From Felis catus (lineage: Eukaryota), in contig NC_058368.1 in assembly GCF_018350175.1 (NCBI RefSeq), positions 142,726,001 through 142,790,000 on the forward strand: a DNA stretch of 64,000 nt. The letters are read 5' to 3'. The position numbers and the translations under genes were made by a program. Numbering within the stretch: the stretch's first letter is position 1; each line of letters opens with the position of its first letter. Of the stretch, positions 13,641 through 27,565 are shown in pieces. The notes beneath the pieces are model-generated. The model saw only the letters and a list, made by a program, of their open reading frames with translations, was not told where the DNA came from and did no database searches.

Positions 13641-15279
13641 GGAGAGACCATATGTTACCTTCAGGTCTCCAGTACATTATCTCCAGGACCAGTACATTGT
13701 CTCAAATGAAAAATAGTCACCATGCTTTCTAATTGACTAATTCTTGTAACCAAAAAGCAACCTGATCTCTCCACCTGGTCGACCTGCTGATGACCACAAT
13801 CTGCCACAGGCACGACTCATGCCACTCCTTCAGGGAGTTCACCAATGTGAACTCTGTGTACTGCACATAGGGCACTCCTGGAGATGGGACTGTCAATGCC
13901 AACCCCCCGCCCCCCCTCCCCCCGCCCCACCATGCAGCCTGTTCTATTACCTGCAGATCTAAGAAGCACTTTCTAACATCAAATACGACACCAAAGTGGG
14001 ATTTTAAAGTGGCTCCACAAAGCTGGTATTCTCAGTCCAAACACAGTACCCCCTTCTCCCCCTCACCCCCATTTCTGTTACACTTTTGACTGATTTGTGT
14101 GTGTGTCTGTCTGTCAGAATGTGTTACCAGATCACAAAGTGTTTGAGGACAGAGGTCCAGCTTTTTTTTTTTTTTTTTTTTGGTAGTCTCTATAGGCATG
14201 GATGTCATTTTTAAGGCATGTTCAAATTTTTGAGACAATCTTTATTTTTTAAAAAATCCACACAAGTAGGAAAGTACTCTGGGATGGAAATGATAAAAAA
14301 AAAATCACTGTACTTGAAACAGTCATCTTAGAGGAGGTTGATTAGATGTGGCCCATACTGTGAGAGAAAAATAGAGAAGAGATCCCAGAGATTACAGTTG
14401 GTTGAGAGTGAAAACTGCCAGAAAGAAATAAACCTGTGGTGCCAATAATCTCTGAAATATTTTCTCATTAAGAAAACATGAAAAAAGAGCCCCACAAGGT
14501 TAAGGGTCGTTCTGTAAGAAGGGAACAAACCTGGAAGGCAGAATTTCTGTATACCACGCTTTGTTGGTGCTTTGTACCTAACTGCCAAAGTCAGCAAGAG
14601 AGGCGATTGAGGTTTGTTCGAATATGTTTTTATTATTGTTTTTAGGCCTGGCAGGAGGATCTCATGCTTCTGAAAGCAGAGGCCATGCAGCCTGTCTGAG
14701 GCCAAGCACAGCGGGGCCATCTCCCACACAGAGCTTGGGCCCCGGTTCCCAGGCCCTGGCAGACAAGCAAGTCTCCATAACCCCGGGAAGGAAAGACAAG
14801 AGACTGTCCTCGGCTAAGAAAGGCCCTCAGACCAAGTTAGAGAAGCACAGCCGTCACTGTATAAAGCCAGAGTGGGGAGGAACTGAGACAGAGCACAGGC
14901 AAAAGCCCCGGAGCTCCCCATATTTTGAGTAAATGCCTCTTTTCAAATACAGTCCACATGCACGCATAGCAGTTTCCACCGCCTCCCGGAAGACCCCACG
15001 CGTGCGGAGTAAAATGGGGAAGAATCAGACTGTTTGCGCTCTTTAGCAGTGAAAAGTTAGCCACGTTCCTTTTGGTTGTTGTTTTCTTAAACTCCTCCAG
15101 AGTAAACCCCCACGTTTACATTCTGGAAGATGCGAAATATAAAACTTACACAGCTTTTGTTTTTCAACTGAAATTATTGGCCCGCCTCTGAAACCTAAAT
15201 TTGTATCTTCCATCTATTATTACCGACATCGGTTAAAAAAAATTCTAGACCAAAAATATGTGAAATGCAATCTACTTTA

Positions 15280-17120
15280 GGGGTGCCTGGGTGGCCTGGT
15301 CAGTTAAGCGTCTGACTTCCACTCAGGTAGTGATCTCATAGTCTGTGGGTTCGAGCCCTGTGTCAGGCTCTGTGCTGGCAGCTCAGATCCCGGAGCCTGC
15401 TTCAGATTCTGTGTCTCCCTCTCTCTCTGCCCCTCTCCCGACTTCTGCTCTGTCTCTCTCTCAAAAAATAAACATTAAAAAAAAAAAAACTTAAAAAAAA
15501 AAAGAAAAGAAATACAATCTACTTTCTGGGGATTCATAAACTAATCATTCCTAAACCATTCCGTCCCCTCTTTCACCCTCCAGCTGCCTGCTGTGTATTT
15601 GTCTCCACAGCTTGCGGTGACCTGACTGTATATCAGCCCCTTCCTCCTGCTGACTGTGGTTCCCACATGACTGTTTCCATACAGAGCCTGCTTTCACCTT
15701 GCTTTACCCTCCAGAGCAGCCTGTCCACCTAACGCTCCTCTCCCCTTCCCAGGGAGTTTTGCCTCCAACGAGTTTGGAGAGGAGTACAATATAAGAAATG
15801 GATCCATCTTAAACGTGGCCTCCAAAAATGGAATGAAAAAAATAAGGAGAAAGTAAATCCAAACCAATTGGAAGCTTCTTGTAGTTTAGTCAATAAATAT
15901 GCTCAGTTCACTATGCATCTTCCATTACTCATAAACTCAGGGAAAGAAAGCTTCTCGTAGAAGTACGAAAATAGGGGCACCTGGGTGGTGCAACTGGTTA
16001 GCCTTCCAACTCTTAATCTTGGCTCAGATCATGATCTCACGGTTTGTGAGTTTGAGCCCCACATCAGGCTCTGCAGTGATGGTGCGGAGCCTGCTTGGGA
16101 TTCTGTGTCTCCTTCTCTCTACCCCTCCCCCACTTGTGCACGCTTGCTGGCTCTCTCTCCCTCTCTCAAAATAAATAAACTTAAAAAACATTTTTTAAGT
16201 ATAAAAATAAAGATTACTTCATGTTTTTCAAGCTAAAAAGCTCAAATGTCAATAATACAGTATTATATTATAGCATATAATAAGCAGTATAATAAAACTT
16301 TGAATATCTATCCAATAAACTTAGGGAATAAGAAGCATCTTTGCCTTAGACTCTGAGCTTATGGGTTTAATGGTTTGTCACAGAGAATACAAACACAAGA
16401 TCGTTCTGGGGGACTTTAAAACGTATTGGTTGGGGCGCCTGGGTGGCTCAGTCGGTTAAGTGTCCGACTTCAGCTCAGGTCACGATTTCACGGTCCGTGA
16501 GTTCAAGCCCTGCGTCGGGCTCTGGGCTGATGGCTCAGAGCCTGGAGCCTGTTTCCGATTCTGTGTCTCCCTCTCTCTCTGCCCCTCCCCCGTTCATGCT
16601 GTCTCTCTCTGTCCCAAAAATAAATAAACATTAAAAAAATAAATTTTAAAACGTATTGGTTATCATTTTTCTCTCAATAAAATAATCAACAAATCTATAT
16701 GATTATTACTATTGTTAATAATACTTTCAGATGATCCAACACACTTTGAACATGGACATTAACATATCAAGTCTAAAGAGGTATAATGGATTAATGACTT
16801 CTGGCTGGGGAAAAGATCATGCTAGTCTCATAGTTTTGAACCATGTGTTCTTATTTCCCTCCGTGGTAGATGTGTTCAATAAAGGGATAATTACAAAGAG
16901 AAAGGGGCGCCTGAGTGGCTCAGTCAGTTGAGCGACCGATTTCAGCTCAGGTCATGATCTCACGGTTTGTGGGTTCGAGCCCCGCGTCGGGCTCTGTGCT
17001 GACAGCTCAGAGCCTGGAGCCTGCTTCGGAGTCTGTGTCTCCCTCTCTCTGCCCCTCCTCACTCATGCTCTGTCTGTGTCTCAGAAATAAATAAACATCA
17101 AAAAATTTAAAAAAAAAAGA
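15280..17120 (+). mobile_element. Cluster of four separate Can-SINEs (15280-15510, 15974-16210, 16432-16650, 16904-17120)
   Basis: Each has a GGGG(C/T)(G/A)CCTG head, (CT)n and an A-tail. TSDs include TTTAAAACGTATTGGTT. Confidence 0.9.
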
Positions 17121-18804
17121 ATTACAAAGGGAAAGACAGAGTGGGCACACTGTATGACTTATCCCCTCAGCAGGTTTTCCTTCGCTTTGTCAGAAATGGA
17201 TTTAAGTGTTCAAAGAACCTAGTGAGATTGGTATGCGAGCAGTCAGATGACTTTATTCCTGGCACAGACTTTCTATAATATTTAAGTGTGCCAACTGCGT
17301 AAGCGCGTTTGAACTGTGAAGGAGTCTTCCATTTGCCAGTACCAGTCTCTAAGAATATTCAATATATGAGGATGACATGAGATTTATGGGTATTCGTTAA
17401 GATTCTTTACTGCTCTGTTTAAGATACTAAATTCCATAGAATTTTGTGAAAGCTCAGGTAATAAATGTTAAAAGTTGAGGCTCTGTAATACGTTGCGCTG
17501 TTCAAGTAGAAACGTTCTGTTGAACTGGCTCCCGGCAGTGTTCCTCGATGGTGGCACTGCTGGCGCCTGTGTCAGGACACTTCTCCACCATGCGTGGCTG
17601 GCCTCGGCACCGCAGGGGCCTGTCCTTCAGACGACTTCACCTTCAAGTCATGGTGACAACCACAACCGTCTCTGCACATTTCTAAACACTGTTGCAGAGC
17701 CCCAGCCCAGTCTCAAGTGACCCACAGACCTACTGCTATAGGGACCACGTGGGCACTCTGGCCACTCCCCCAGCTCTCTGCAAATGCATCCCACTGCCAA
17801 CAGAAGGGATGTCTCCATCCAAGGCTGTTGCCGACGCTGACAAAAGGTCTGAAAACACAGAATGACAGAACGATCGACTCTCCCAGTAACAAGAACTCTT
17901 AAGATAACTGGTCCAAGCTCTCCTGCGTATTTCTTCAATCTGCCCTTTCATCACCGTCAATTTCCCCTGCCTTTCTTCAGCGCCTCCTAATCCTCCAACC
18001 TCCTTCACTGTCACAGCCTCCTAAAAGGTATGCCTGCCTCCAACTATGCTCCACATCAATCTTAAAATGAAAATCTGATCCTGCCTCAAACCTGTCAATG
18101 CCTCCCTACAGCTTTCAACGTACCTTCGAGATTCCTTCCTGCAGATGCACGGACTTCCCTGCCATGTTCTCCAGCCTCACCCCTGGCCGTTCTCCATCCT
18201 GCACTCTGGGCTCTAGCCCCACTGAACCTCCTACAGAACTGCTCTCTCCTCTCTGCCCTTCTTCATGTTTCTCCTTCAGAGCTGAGTATGCTGTCCAATC
18301 CCTTTCCCACCTGCACACTGTTTATCGGGCCAACTCATTCCCAACCTTTAAATCTCAGAAAGCCTTCCCAGATCCCTGGCTCTGGTCGGCACTCCTACAT
18401 TGTACACACAATACTGTGGCTGCATCAAAACACACTTCCGCTGCATCATGATGATACATTTGCTTGTCTGCCTCGCTAGACTGAGCTTCCCAAGGCCTGG
18501 CATTACATCCTGTTTATCTTTCTGTCTACAATAAGAGACAGAGTGAATAAATGAATGATCAGCCAACCTGCATTCACTAGATAATGTAACTGAGGCTACA
18601 GTCTACGTAACTAACTGGCAGGAAAGCTGATCATATCCTATCAGAGAGGGATTCGAGGGTCATCTTTGTACAAAGATAACAGAGTATTATGTTTGTAATG
18701 AGACAAGCAGTTTTGTTAACAGCAAGAATAATCACACATTGTAAAAAGAGTGGCATTAATCTATCAAGGTTGTAATTATATGTAGTAAGGGCATGGGGCC
18801 ATTG

Positions 18805-19590
18805 TGCACCTGGGTGGCTCGGTTGGTTGAGTGACCAACTCTTGGTTTCAGCTCAGGTCATGATCTCACATTTCATGAGTTCAAGCAGTGAATCAGGCTC
18901 TGTGCTGACAACACAGAGCCTGCTTGGGATTCTGCGTCTCCCTCTCTCTCTGCCCCTCCCCTGCTCACACTCTACCTCTGTCTCTCTCTCTCAGTCTCTC
19001 AAACATAAATAAACATTAAAAAAATTTTTTTTAAAGATGTTTTCTTCTTAAAATAAAGTATCCATTTCAGCAACATTTTAGTACAGTCACAATGTCGTGC
19101 ACCCATGTCCTCAGAGACTGCATTTTTAAACAAACTCCCCACTGCTTCAGGTGGTCCCCAGGTGGCAAACTAAGAACAACCACCTCAAGTGTTCTGATAA
19201 TGATAACAAAGAATGAGAAGCTTTGTGGATCACCCTCAGATTATAAAAGGAGATTTAAGAAAAAAAAGTTAGCTTTCCCAAACATCTAAACCTAAAAAAC
19301 ATATGCCTTTGCCTCTCTCTTTCTCTAAATGAAGCTAGTTTATGTCAGTGTTTTTTTTTTTTAAGTTTATTTCTTTATTTTGAGAGAGAGAGAGAGCAAG
19401 AGCACACAAGTAGGGGAGGGGCAGAGAGAAGAAAAGACAGAATCCCAAACAGGCTCTACACCATCAGCACAGAACCCAGTGTGGGGCTTGAACTCACCAA
19501 CCATGAGATCATGACCTGAGCCAAGATCAAGAGTTGGACGCTTAACCAACTGAGCCACCCAGACACCCCTTCCCTTTTATCAATGCTCTC

Positions 19591-19623
<33 letters not shown>

Positions 19624-19932
19624 GTTTTGGTCTCTCCCTATCTGTCTCCTTCTTGACACCTGCCCTGTACCTAGTCTGCTCTAAGATTTTTCTTTTTTTA
19701 TTTTAAAAAAAAAGTTTTTTTACATGTATTTATTTTTGAGAGACAGACAGAGACAGAGCACAAGTGGGGGAGGGACAGAGATAGAAGGAGACACAGAATC
19801 GGAAGCAGGCTCCAGGCTCTGAGCTGTCAGCGCAGAGCCCAATGTGGGGCTTGAACTCACGAACCATGAGATCATGATCTGAGCCAAGATCACGAGTCAG
19901 ATGCTTAACCAACTGCACCACCCAACTGCACC
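18805..19932. mobile_element. Three Can-SINEs (18805-19035 +, 19350-19569 -, 19690-19932 -)
   Basis: SINE consensus motifs. Confidence 0.88.
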
Positions 19933-21449
19933 AAGAAACCCCTATTCCAGGGTTTCTTATACTAATGGATTCAATGTTTATTTGTTTGGACGTACCCAGT
20001 ATTCTGATGCCTACAAAGTAGGGCAGTGCTAAGCAAAGTCAAGTGGGAAATCTGGAAGAAATGAATCACCACTCTAAAATCAGCCAGACCCAGGCCCTGT
20101 TTCCTTGGGTTTTAATCACATTATTATAGCACATTATTAAATTTTACTTCAGGCAATGAAACTGTCAGTGAACACAGAAAAAGTCTCCAGAGGAAGAAGT
20201 GCAGTAAGGTTTCTCCTTATAGTCAAACTCTCATCAATATGTAAGTGAAACTGGTTATTCTGTTAAGAGTTAATATAAATATATAATAGTTGCATGAAGA
20301 TGTTAAGATCCATCACCGCTTTCTCTTCAAGGCTTTAGAATCAGTTTCCCTAGTTTTAACTCATGATCTAGTCCCTCCAGAGTTGACTCTAATTTTAGCT
20401 CATTTTACTCCGGGTCAGACTTTGGTGAAGATTCCTGGAGTTTAGCAACTATAAAGATCAGCATGGTGATAGAAGCCCAGGTTAAAATGGTATCTTCTTA
20501 TCAGCCACTAGCACGGCTTCTCTTAAGTGATATCCTACTAAAATAACAGACACAGAATACGAGGAGTGATAGCATGTTGTGATGAGTTAGAATAAGATGA
20601 AAACTTCTCACAATGTGAGAAACCAGGACTGACTGACAACCTGCTGTACCCAAGAGAATCTCGGCGACATTTCCACAATCAGTAAGGCCAAAGAAGCTGG
20701 GCTGAAGACACGAGGGCTGGCAAACCCTGTTTGCCTCATGACACAGAGCCAGTCCACCTACCTGAAAAGAGGCAGGCAGGCAGCCTGGGAGGGGACCGCA
20801 CTAATTTTTTATGTGATCAGAGATTTATTACTTCCTGCCTTTCTCATATGCAGTTACAGGTCACATGTCCCAGAAAACAATGAGTAGGAGAAGAAAAGCG
20901 ACTGACAGTGGGGCACACTGTACCCTGGGAAATGCCCCTGAAGTAAAGTCCTGAAGGTGTGGAGATAGAAAAAGTCTCATAGCTGTGCAAGCTGGGGTTC
21001 TTTTAGCTGTCCAAGAACCAGGTGGCCAAAGAGAGGGAAATGTCAAGTACATCATTCAGGTTTACTCAATGCCTAAAGGCCACTGACCTCAAACTATAGG
21101 CTTGAGAAGGAATTAACCAAGAAACACTGACCCAAGGCCAAGAGATGGCCACGTACTCTGTGTGGAAAGATTCTTCACTGCTTATACTCAGAGGAAGACT
21201 ATATAGCTGATAATGATTTACAGTGAAAATGAAGATTTTAGCCAAGGTCTATTCAGGAAGATTCAGGAGAAGCATAGGTTCTATGAACAGAAATGTAGAA
21301 AGCCAAAAGTAGAGACAAGGGACAATCGGATGAGCTAAAAGGAAAAGAAGATGTGACGCAAAAGCCTAATCAATTCCGGCCAATGGGTGCTGACGTCAAG
21401 TAGATCTGCGCTTAAATTCTGGCTCTTCCATTTGTTAGACGTGTGGCCC

Positions 21450-21787
21450 TCTGAATCCACTCAGGCTGCTCTAACAAAATACCACAGACCAGGTGGCTTA
21501 TAAACAACAGAAATATCCTTCTCACAGTTCTGGAGGCTGGAAAGACCAAGATCAAGGCACCAGTGTGGTCACCTGGTGAAGGCCCTCTTGCTGGTTCACA
21601 GCTGGTTTCCTCTTGCTGTGTCTCCGCATGGAGGAAGAGGCTAGGGACCTCTCTGGGGTGGCTTTTATAAAAGTACAAATCCCATTCATGAGGGCTCTAC
21701 CCTTCCTTGTAACCCAACCACCTCCCAAAGGCCCACCTTCTAACCATCACATGTGAATTCTGGGTAGACACATTCAGACCATAAGAG
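21450..21787. mobile_element. MLT1A-like MaLR solo LTR inserted in a MIR
   Basis: GGCTGCTCTAACAAAATACCACAGACCAGGTGGCTTATAAACAACAGAAAT...TCTCACAGTTCTGGAGGCTGG matches the recalled MLT1A consensus. The MIR core (TTTCTTCACTTACAAAATGGGGATAA) resumes after it. Confidence 0.78.
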
Positions 21788-22742
21788 TAGCTTTGGACAA
21801 ATCACTTACCCATTTTAAATTTTGGTTTCTTCACTTACAAAATGGGGATAAAGAAACCTACTTTGCGAGGTCACTTTGAGCTTTAATGCTAACAACATGA
21901 CCAACGATGAGAAAGTAGAGGGAAGGCTGCAGAACAGGGCCTGAGCATGCAGTAAATATTTAACAAACAGTAGTCATTATTATTACTAATGAGCTTTGAA
22001 GAAAAGGGAACTGACTGAGGCAAAGAAAGGACCACAGGAAACTAAAAACACAACCAATAATAATCAACATTGGGGAATCTAAAGAACAGAAGCCGAGATG
22101 CAACAATGTCTAACTGGTGTTTGCAGGGGAGATCCAGAAGACTGAGAAAAGGGACAGAAAACTGAAAATAATGACAAAAAAGCTGAATCAGTGATTCAAC
22201 CTATTAATTGAAGCTATTTTTTGAGAAATAAATCGAACAGAACAAAAGCAATAAGCTAAAATATGCACAAGGAAAACTTCCAGAGTGAAAAATAATCCCA
22301 GCATGCAGATCAAAGGGCTCATATATTTCAAGCAAAATTAATTTTTAAATATTTTAAAGACCTACACCTACATGTAATTCAGCAAAAAATTTAAACTATG
22401 GAGAAAATTAAAAAAAAAAATCCTCCAAAAAAGGTTCCAGGGACCAGCTGAACCAGAGAGCATTAAAAAAAATAATAATAAAGGAAAAACCATCCAAATT
22501 ATTTTGTGAAGTGAGCACAACTGAGACAACAAAACCGACAGGGTAGAGAAGAAGGCACCAACCCCACTTTCACTTCTGAATTGATATAAAAGTCCTAAAT
22601 AAAACCCTAGCAAACTGAATTCAGCAGTCTAATAAAAATTTATATACACATGATCACATTGGATTTAGCCCCAAAAAGCAAAGACGACCCCAGATCAATT
22701 CATCCATTAACATACCATAGTGTTAAAATATAAGGCAGCCTC

Positions 22743-22944
22743 GGGGCGCCTGGGTGGCTCAGTCGGTTAAGCCTCCGACTTCAGCTCAGGTCACGATCTC
22801 ACGGTCCGTGAGTTCGAGCCCCGCGTGGGGTTCTGGGCTGATGGCTCGGAGCCTGGAGCCTGCTTCCGATTCTGTGTCTCCCTCTCTCTCTGCCCCTCCC
22901 CCATTCATGCTCTGTCTCTCTCTGTCTCAAAAATAAATAAACGT

Positions 22945-22982
<38 letters not shown>
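22743..22982 (+). mobile_element. Can-SINE with (TA)n tail, TSD ATATAAGGCAGCCT
   Basis: SINE consensus, a (TA)n run at ~22948-22982, and flanking direct repeats. Confidence 0.92.
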
Positions 22983-22985
<3 letters not shown>

Positions 22986-24106
22986 CAGCCTTATTATAAG
23001 GTAATCCCCATTATTTCATCACAAAGCTTCAAAAAAAATTTTTTGGCAACTTGAATAAGTAATACGTTGTGGGTGTTTATGAAATGATCAACTATTTAAA
23101 ATTTAATTATGTAAACACATTTGAAATCATATAATAAAAGATCTTCAAATACTGCTTTTTCCAACTGCCACATATCATGAAAAAATATTATTACACCTCT
23201 TCCCATGAATACTTGACAGCAATATCCATTGTCACAGGAGCCACTCTGAGATATTTAAGTTTTCCAGAGGAAAACTTCTGCCTGAGCACTTTTCTCTCTA
23301 CATATGATAACATTAATCCATATATATTTTCATGTCAAGAAATCATTTATCCTTAAATTGTATAATTAAGATCTCTACAACAAAGGCTTGTTTTATAAAC
23401 TTATAACTTTCAGTTCTTACAAGTGTGAGGTCATTTCCCGGGAATAATTACTAAATGGTATTAAATGCCTTGGCCTCCTTTTTTTATTGATTCTTTCTAG
23501 TGACCTCCATAAGCATTCAATTCCAGAGCTGATTAAAGTGCTTTACCAGGCTGTTCAAAATAAAGTAAACTGAGAACACTCTCAAGTATGTCTCCCCTTT
23601 TTCTGAAAAGGGTAAATTTGGGGGGTTGAGGGGGCGACACATGTTATCCTATGGTCAACCCTTTTCACAGGAGGGCATACTTAGAAAATGAGAGTACTAT
23701 TTGTATAGCACTAAAGCAACTGAACAACACTACTCCTGGCCATGCCCAGCTTCCTCAACGGATCAATACTGCAACAAACCATGGGGAAAGATCTGCTATA
23801 TCATGAGGTCCAATAAGAACATCCAGGTCATCATCTGCATCATCTCAGAGGCAGGAGCCTGCAGTGGAGCCAAAAAGGTTGCTGCCTGGCTCTGCCTGGC
23901 CGTGTGGCCTTGGGGAGGTTACTTGGCCTCTCTGTGCTTCAGTTCTCACATCAGCATGATGGAATAATAACAGTCCCCAGAGAACTATTGTAAGGATTAA
24001 CTGAGCTAACTCATATAAAGCACTTTGAACTCTGTCCTACACATAGTAAGCCCTCAAAAAATGCCAGATTCAATACCAATGCCTAATTAAAAGCAATACA
24101 AAACTC

Positions 24107-24348
24107 GGGCACCTGGATGGCTCAGTCAGCTGGGCATCCGACTTCGGCTCAGGTCATGATCTCGCAGTCCATGAGTTCGAGCCCCACATCGGGCTCTGTG
24201 CTGACAGCTCAGAGCCTGGAGCCTGTTTCAGATTCTGTGTCTCCCTCTCTCTCTGACCCTCCCCCGTTCATGCTCTGTCTGTCTCAAAAATAAATAAAAA
24301 CGTAAAAAAAAAAAAAAAAAAAAGGTGGAATCTCTGATTTAAAAAAAA
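24107..24348 (+). mobile_element. Can-SINE with double A-tail, TSD AAAAGCAATACAAAACT
   Basis: SINE consensus; TSDs at 24089-24105 and 24349-24365. Confidence 0.92.
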
Positions 24349-24734
24349 AAAAGCAATACAAAACTGCTCTTTAAAAAAACTGTAAAAGAAAAAAAAAACT
24401 GCGAATAGAATACCCAGATTAATTCCTCAACATGTCACTTTGCACACCTCACATAGTCACTGTACAGTAAAAAATCACCAGAATACAAGTCCTGTCCTCA
24501 CCCTTGGGAGTTTCCAATCAAATTTTTAGGTTTCAGCCAAGGATCACCGGGGATTCGAGAAAGCTTCTTTCATGAAAGACAGCCCAAAAAAGATACAAAT
24601 GACCTTAGAAGGAAGAGATGTAATGGTGGGAGTACAAGCAAACTTAAAAATATATGTACGGGTTCACATATATACGCATATACAAGTATATGTAGGTTTA
24701 TACACATATCTACATACACACTCACACCTACATA

Positions 24735-24960
24735 AAACCCATGGGGGAAAGGAAGGAAAAAAAAAAAAAAAAGAGGTTAGAGTGGGAGAGAGCCAAAACA
24801 TAAGAGACTGTTAAAAACTGAGAACAAACTGAGGGTTGATGGGGGGTGGGAGGGAGGGGAGGGTGGGTGATGGGTATTGAGGAGGGCACCTTTTGGGATG
24901 AGCACTGGGTGTTGTATGGAAACCAATTTGACAATAAATTTCATATATTAAAAAAAAATA
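24735..24960 (+). mobile_element. Young 5'-truncated felid L1 3' end
   Basis: G-rich tract, then GATGAGCACTGGGTGTTGTATGGAAACCAATTTGACAATAAA and an A-tail. Near-identical inverse copy at 47322-47608. Confidence 0.88.
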
Positions 24961-24964
24961 ATTA

Positions 24965-25200
24965 GGGGCGCCTGGGTGGCGCAGTCGGTTAAGCGTCCGA
25001 CTTCAGCCAGGTCACGATCTCGCGGTCCGTGAGTTCGAGCCCCGCGTCGGGCTCTGGGCTGATGGCTCGGAGCCTGGAGCCTGTTTCCGATTCTGTGTCT
25101 CCCTCTCTCTCTGCCCCTCCCCCGTTCATGCTCTGTCTCACTCTGTCCCAAAAATAAATAAACGTTGAAAAAAAAAATTAAAAAAAATAATAATTAAAAA
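24965..25200 (+). mobile_element. Young Can-SINE inserted in the L1 A-tail
   Basis: CpG-rich head GGGGCGCCTGGGTGGCGCAGTCGG. Confidence 0.93.
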
Positions 25201-26216
25201 AAATGAATAGTTAAAAGCATAGGCTTTGGTGAAGGAAATTATTACATATAAAGTAAAAACAGAACTTTATAAAACAGTAATTATCAGAAAATAAGAAACA
25301 GTTCTTAATGATTTAAAAAATGTGGTGGTTGCAACGCATTTAATAGAAAAGGTTACAAAATAATGATAAGGAAATTTCCCAAATAGTAGAAGAAAAATAA
25401 AGAAAATAGCAGAGAAAAAAAAAACTAAGAAAATTAGAGTATTGATCCAATATCGAAATAACAAGAGTTTTATAAAGAAAGAATAGGAGAAAGGTAGGCT
25501 GAAGGGCCAAAAAATTCTGAAATAAATAATACAAGAAAACTTCCCATAAAAAAAGCATCTTCACTTTCAGATACAAAGTGCTCTCTGAGTACTCAGCATG
25601 ATGGACAAACCAAGATCTATTACAATAGCACATTGTAGGGAAATTTTAGAAAACCATGTCTAACAAGAGGAAGGAAAAATCACATATATAACAGATGAGG
25701 AATCAGAAAGGCATTGCCATAATGAAAACTATTTTCAAAAACCTTTTTTTTCTGCAATCAACATGTATGAATTTTATTGTCAGAAAACAATCTTAATACA
25801 AAAAAAAAAAATCCATACTTGGAGACTCTAGCCTAGATTTAAATGGCTCCATTTCTAATCTGTCTTCTTAATGTCACAATCTGTCTCTACACTGATACAG
25901 AACTGCTCTTGTCAGAAGTTCTATTCACAGAGGATGCCCAGGCTGGAGAGACCGCCTGAGAACAAGCCACTCCAGGAATCCAGTACCCAGCTGCCCTGCA
26001 TATGAGTGATGTCCGCTCATACTTACTCAGGTGGTGAGAGCTTGCTTTCAAGCATTCTCCCAGAATATTTTGACATCTGAAGGAAGAGGGGGAAGACCCA
26101 TAATTCTTTCCTTAGACCCATTTTTCTACCCATTATTATCATGTCTCCGTTCTTGCAGTTAGTATTTATTTTAATAAGGTACTGCTAAATGCTCCAATTT
26201 GTCTTCATTCCATTTA

Positions 26217-26525
<309 letters not shown>

Positions 26526-26569
26526 TTAAATACAGAGACAGAAGTCCAGATTTATCAGTCAATAAAAAT

Positions 26570-26990
26570 AATATTAAGACAACCCACAGAATGGCTTGAA
26601 AATATTTGTAAATAATACATCTGATAAAGGACTTGTACCCCGAATATACAGAAAACTCTTACAACTCAATAATAAAAGGCAAGTAACCTATTAGAAGATG
26701 GGCAAAAAATGAATGGAAATTTCTTCAAAGAAGACATGCAAATGGCCAATAAGCACCTGAAAAGATACTCAAAAGATGCCAGGAGCTGTAGGGAGTGGGG
26801 GTGGGGGGGAGAGGAATGGGGAGTGATTGCTAATAGGTATGAGGTTTCTTTTTGGAATGATGAAAATGTTGTAACTTCAGATTGTCATGATGTTTGCACA
26901 GCTCTGTGAATTTACTATTGAAATGTATACTTTAATTGGGTGAATTTTATGGTATGTGAAATATTAACATCAATAAAGATGTTAAAAATG
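26570..26990 (+). mobile_element. Old L1 fragments (ORF2 end joined to a 3' end)
   Basis: AGACAACCCACAGAATGG...ATCTGATAAAGGACTTGTACCC...GAGGTTTCTTTTTGGAATGATGAAAATGTT are L1M-type motifs. Confidence 0.75.
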
Positions 26991-27350
26991 CAACAAAAGA
27001 CACAAGACAAAAAATTCAAAACAAAAGCTTGAGTTCTAAAATGACCTAGAAGACTCTGATCTAAACAAATAATAATAATACCAATAATAACAACTATATA
27101 TGAAATGTTGTCTATGTGCTAGACATTATGATACTGATTTACATATTCTGTCTCATGTAATACTCAAATCCAGCCTATGTTACACCCATTTCACAGATAC
27201 GTTAACCGAGGCTCAGAAAGGTTATATGATTTGTCCATGTTCATATTAATTGCAGAGCAATTTCCTATTGGAATCTCCACTATTATGCTGCAAAGATGTA
27301 TCAATAGATGCGTTAGCTTTTTGCTTTAGCCAGTAAACAAGTTCCCATCT

Positions 27351-27565
27351 TTTTTTTTTTTTCAACGTTTATTTATTTTTGGGACAGAGAGAGACAGAGC
27401 ATGAATGGGGGAGGGGCAGAGAGAGAGGGAAACACAGAATCGGAAACAGGCTTCAGGCTCTGAGCCATCAGCCCAGAGCCCGACGCGGGGCTCGAACTCA
27501 CAGACCGCGAGATCGTGACCTGGCTGAAGTCAGACGCTTAACCGACTGCGCCACCCAGGCGCCCC
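27351..27565 (-). mobile_element. Young Can-SINE, TSD CAAGTTCCCATCTTTT
   Basis: Near-consensus SINE; TSDs at 27338-27353 and 27567-27582. Confidence 0.93.

Noticed and set aside
24965..25050. tRNA-like A/B boxes in SINE heads
   Set aside because: These are tRNA-derived SINE promoters running into (CT)n and A-tails, not functional tRNA genes.
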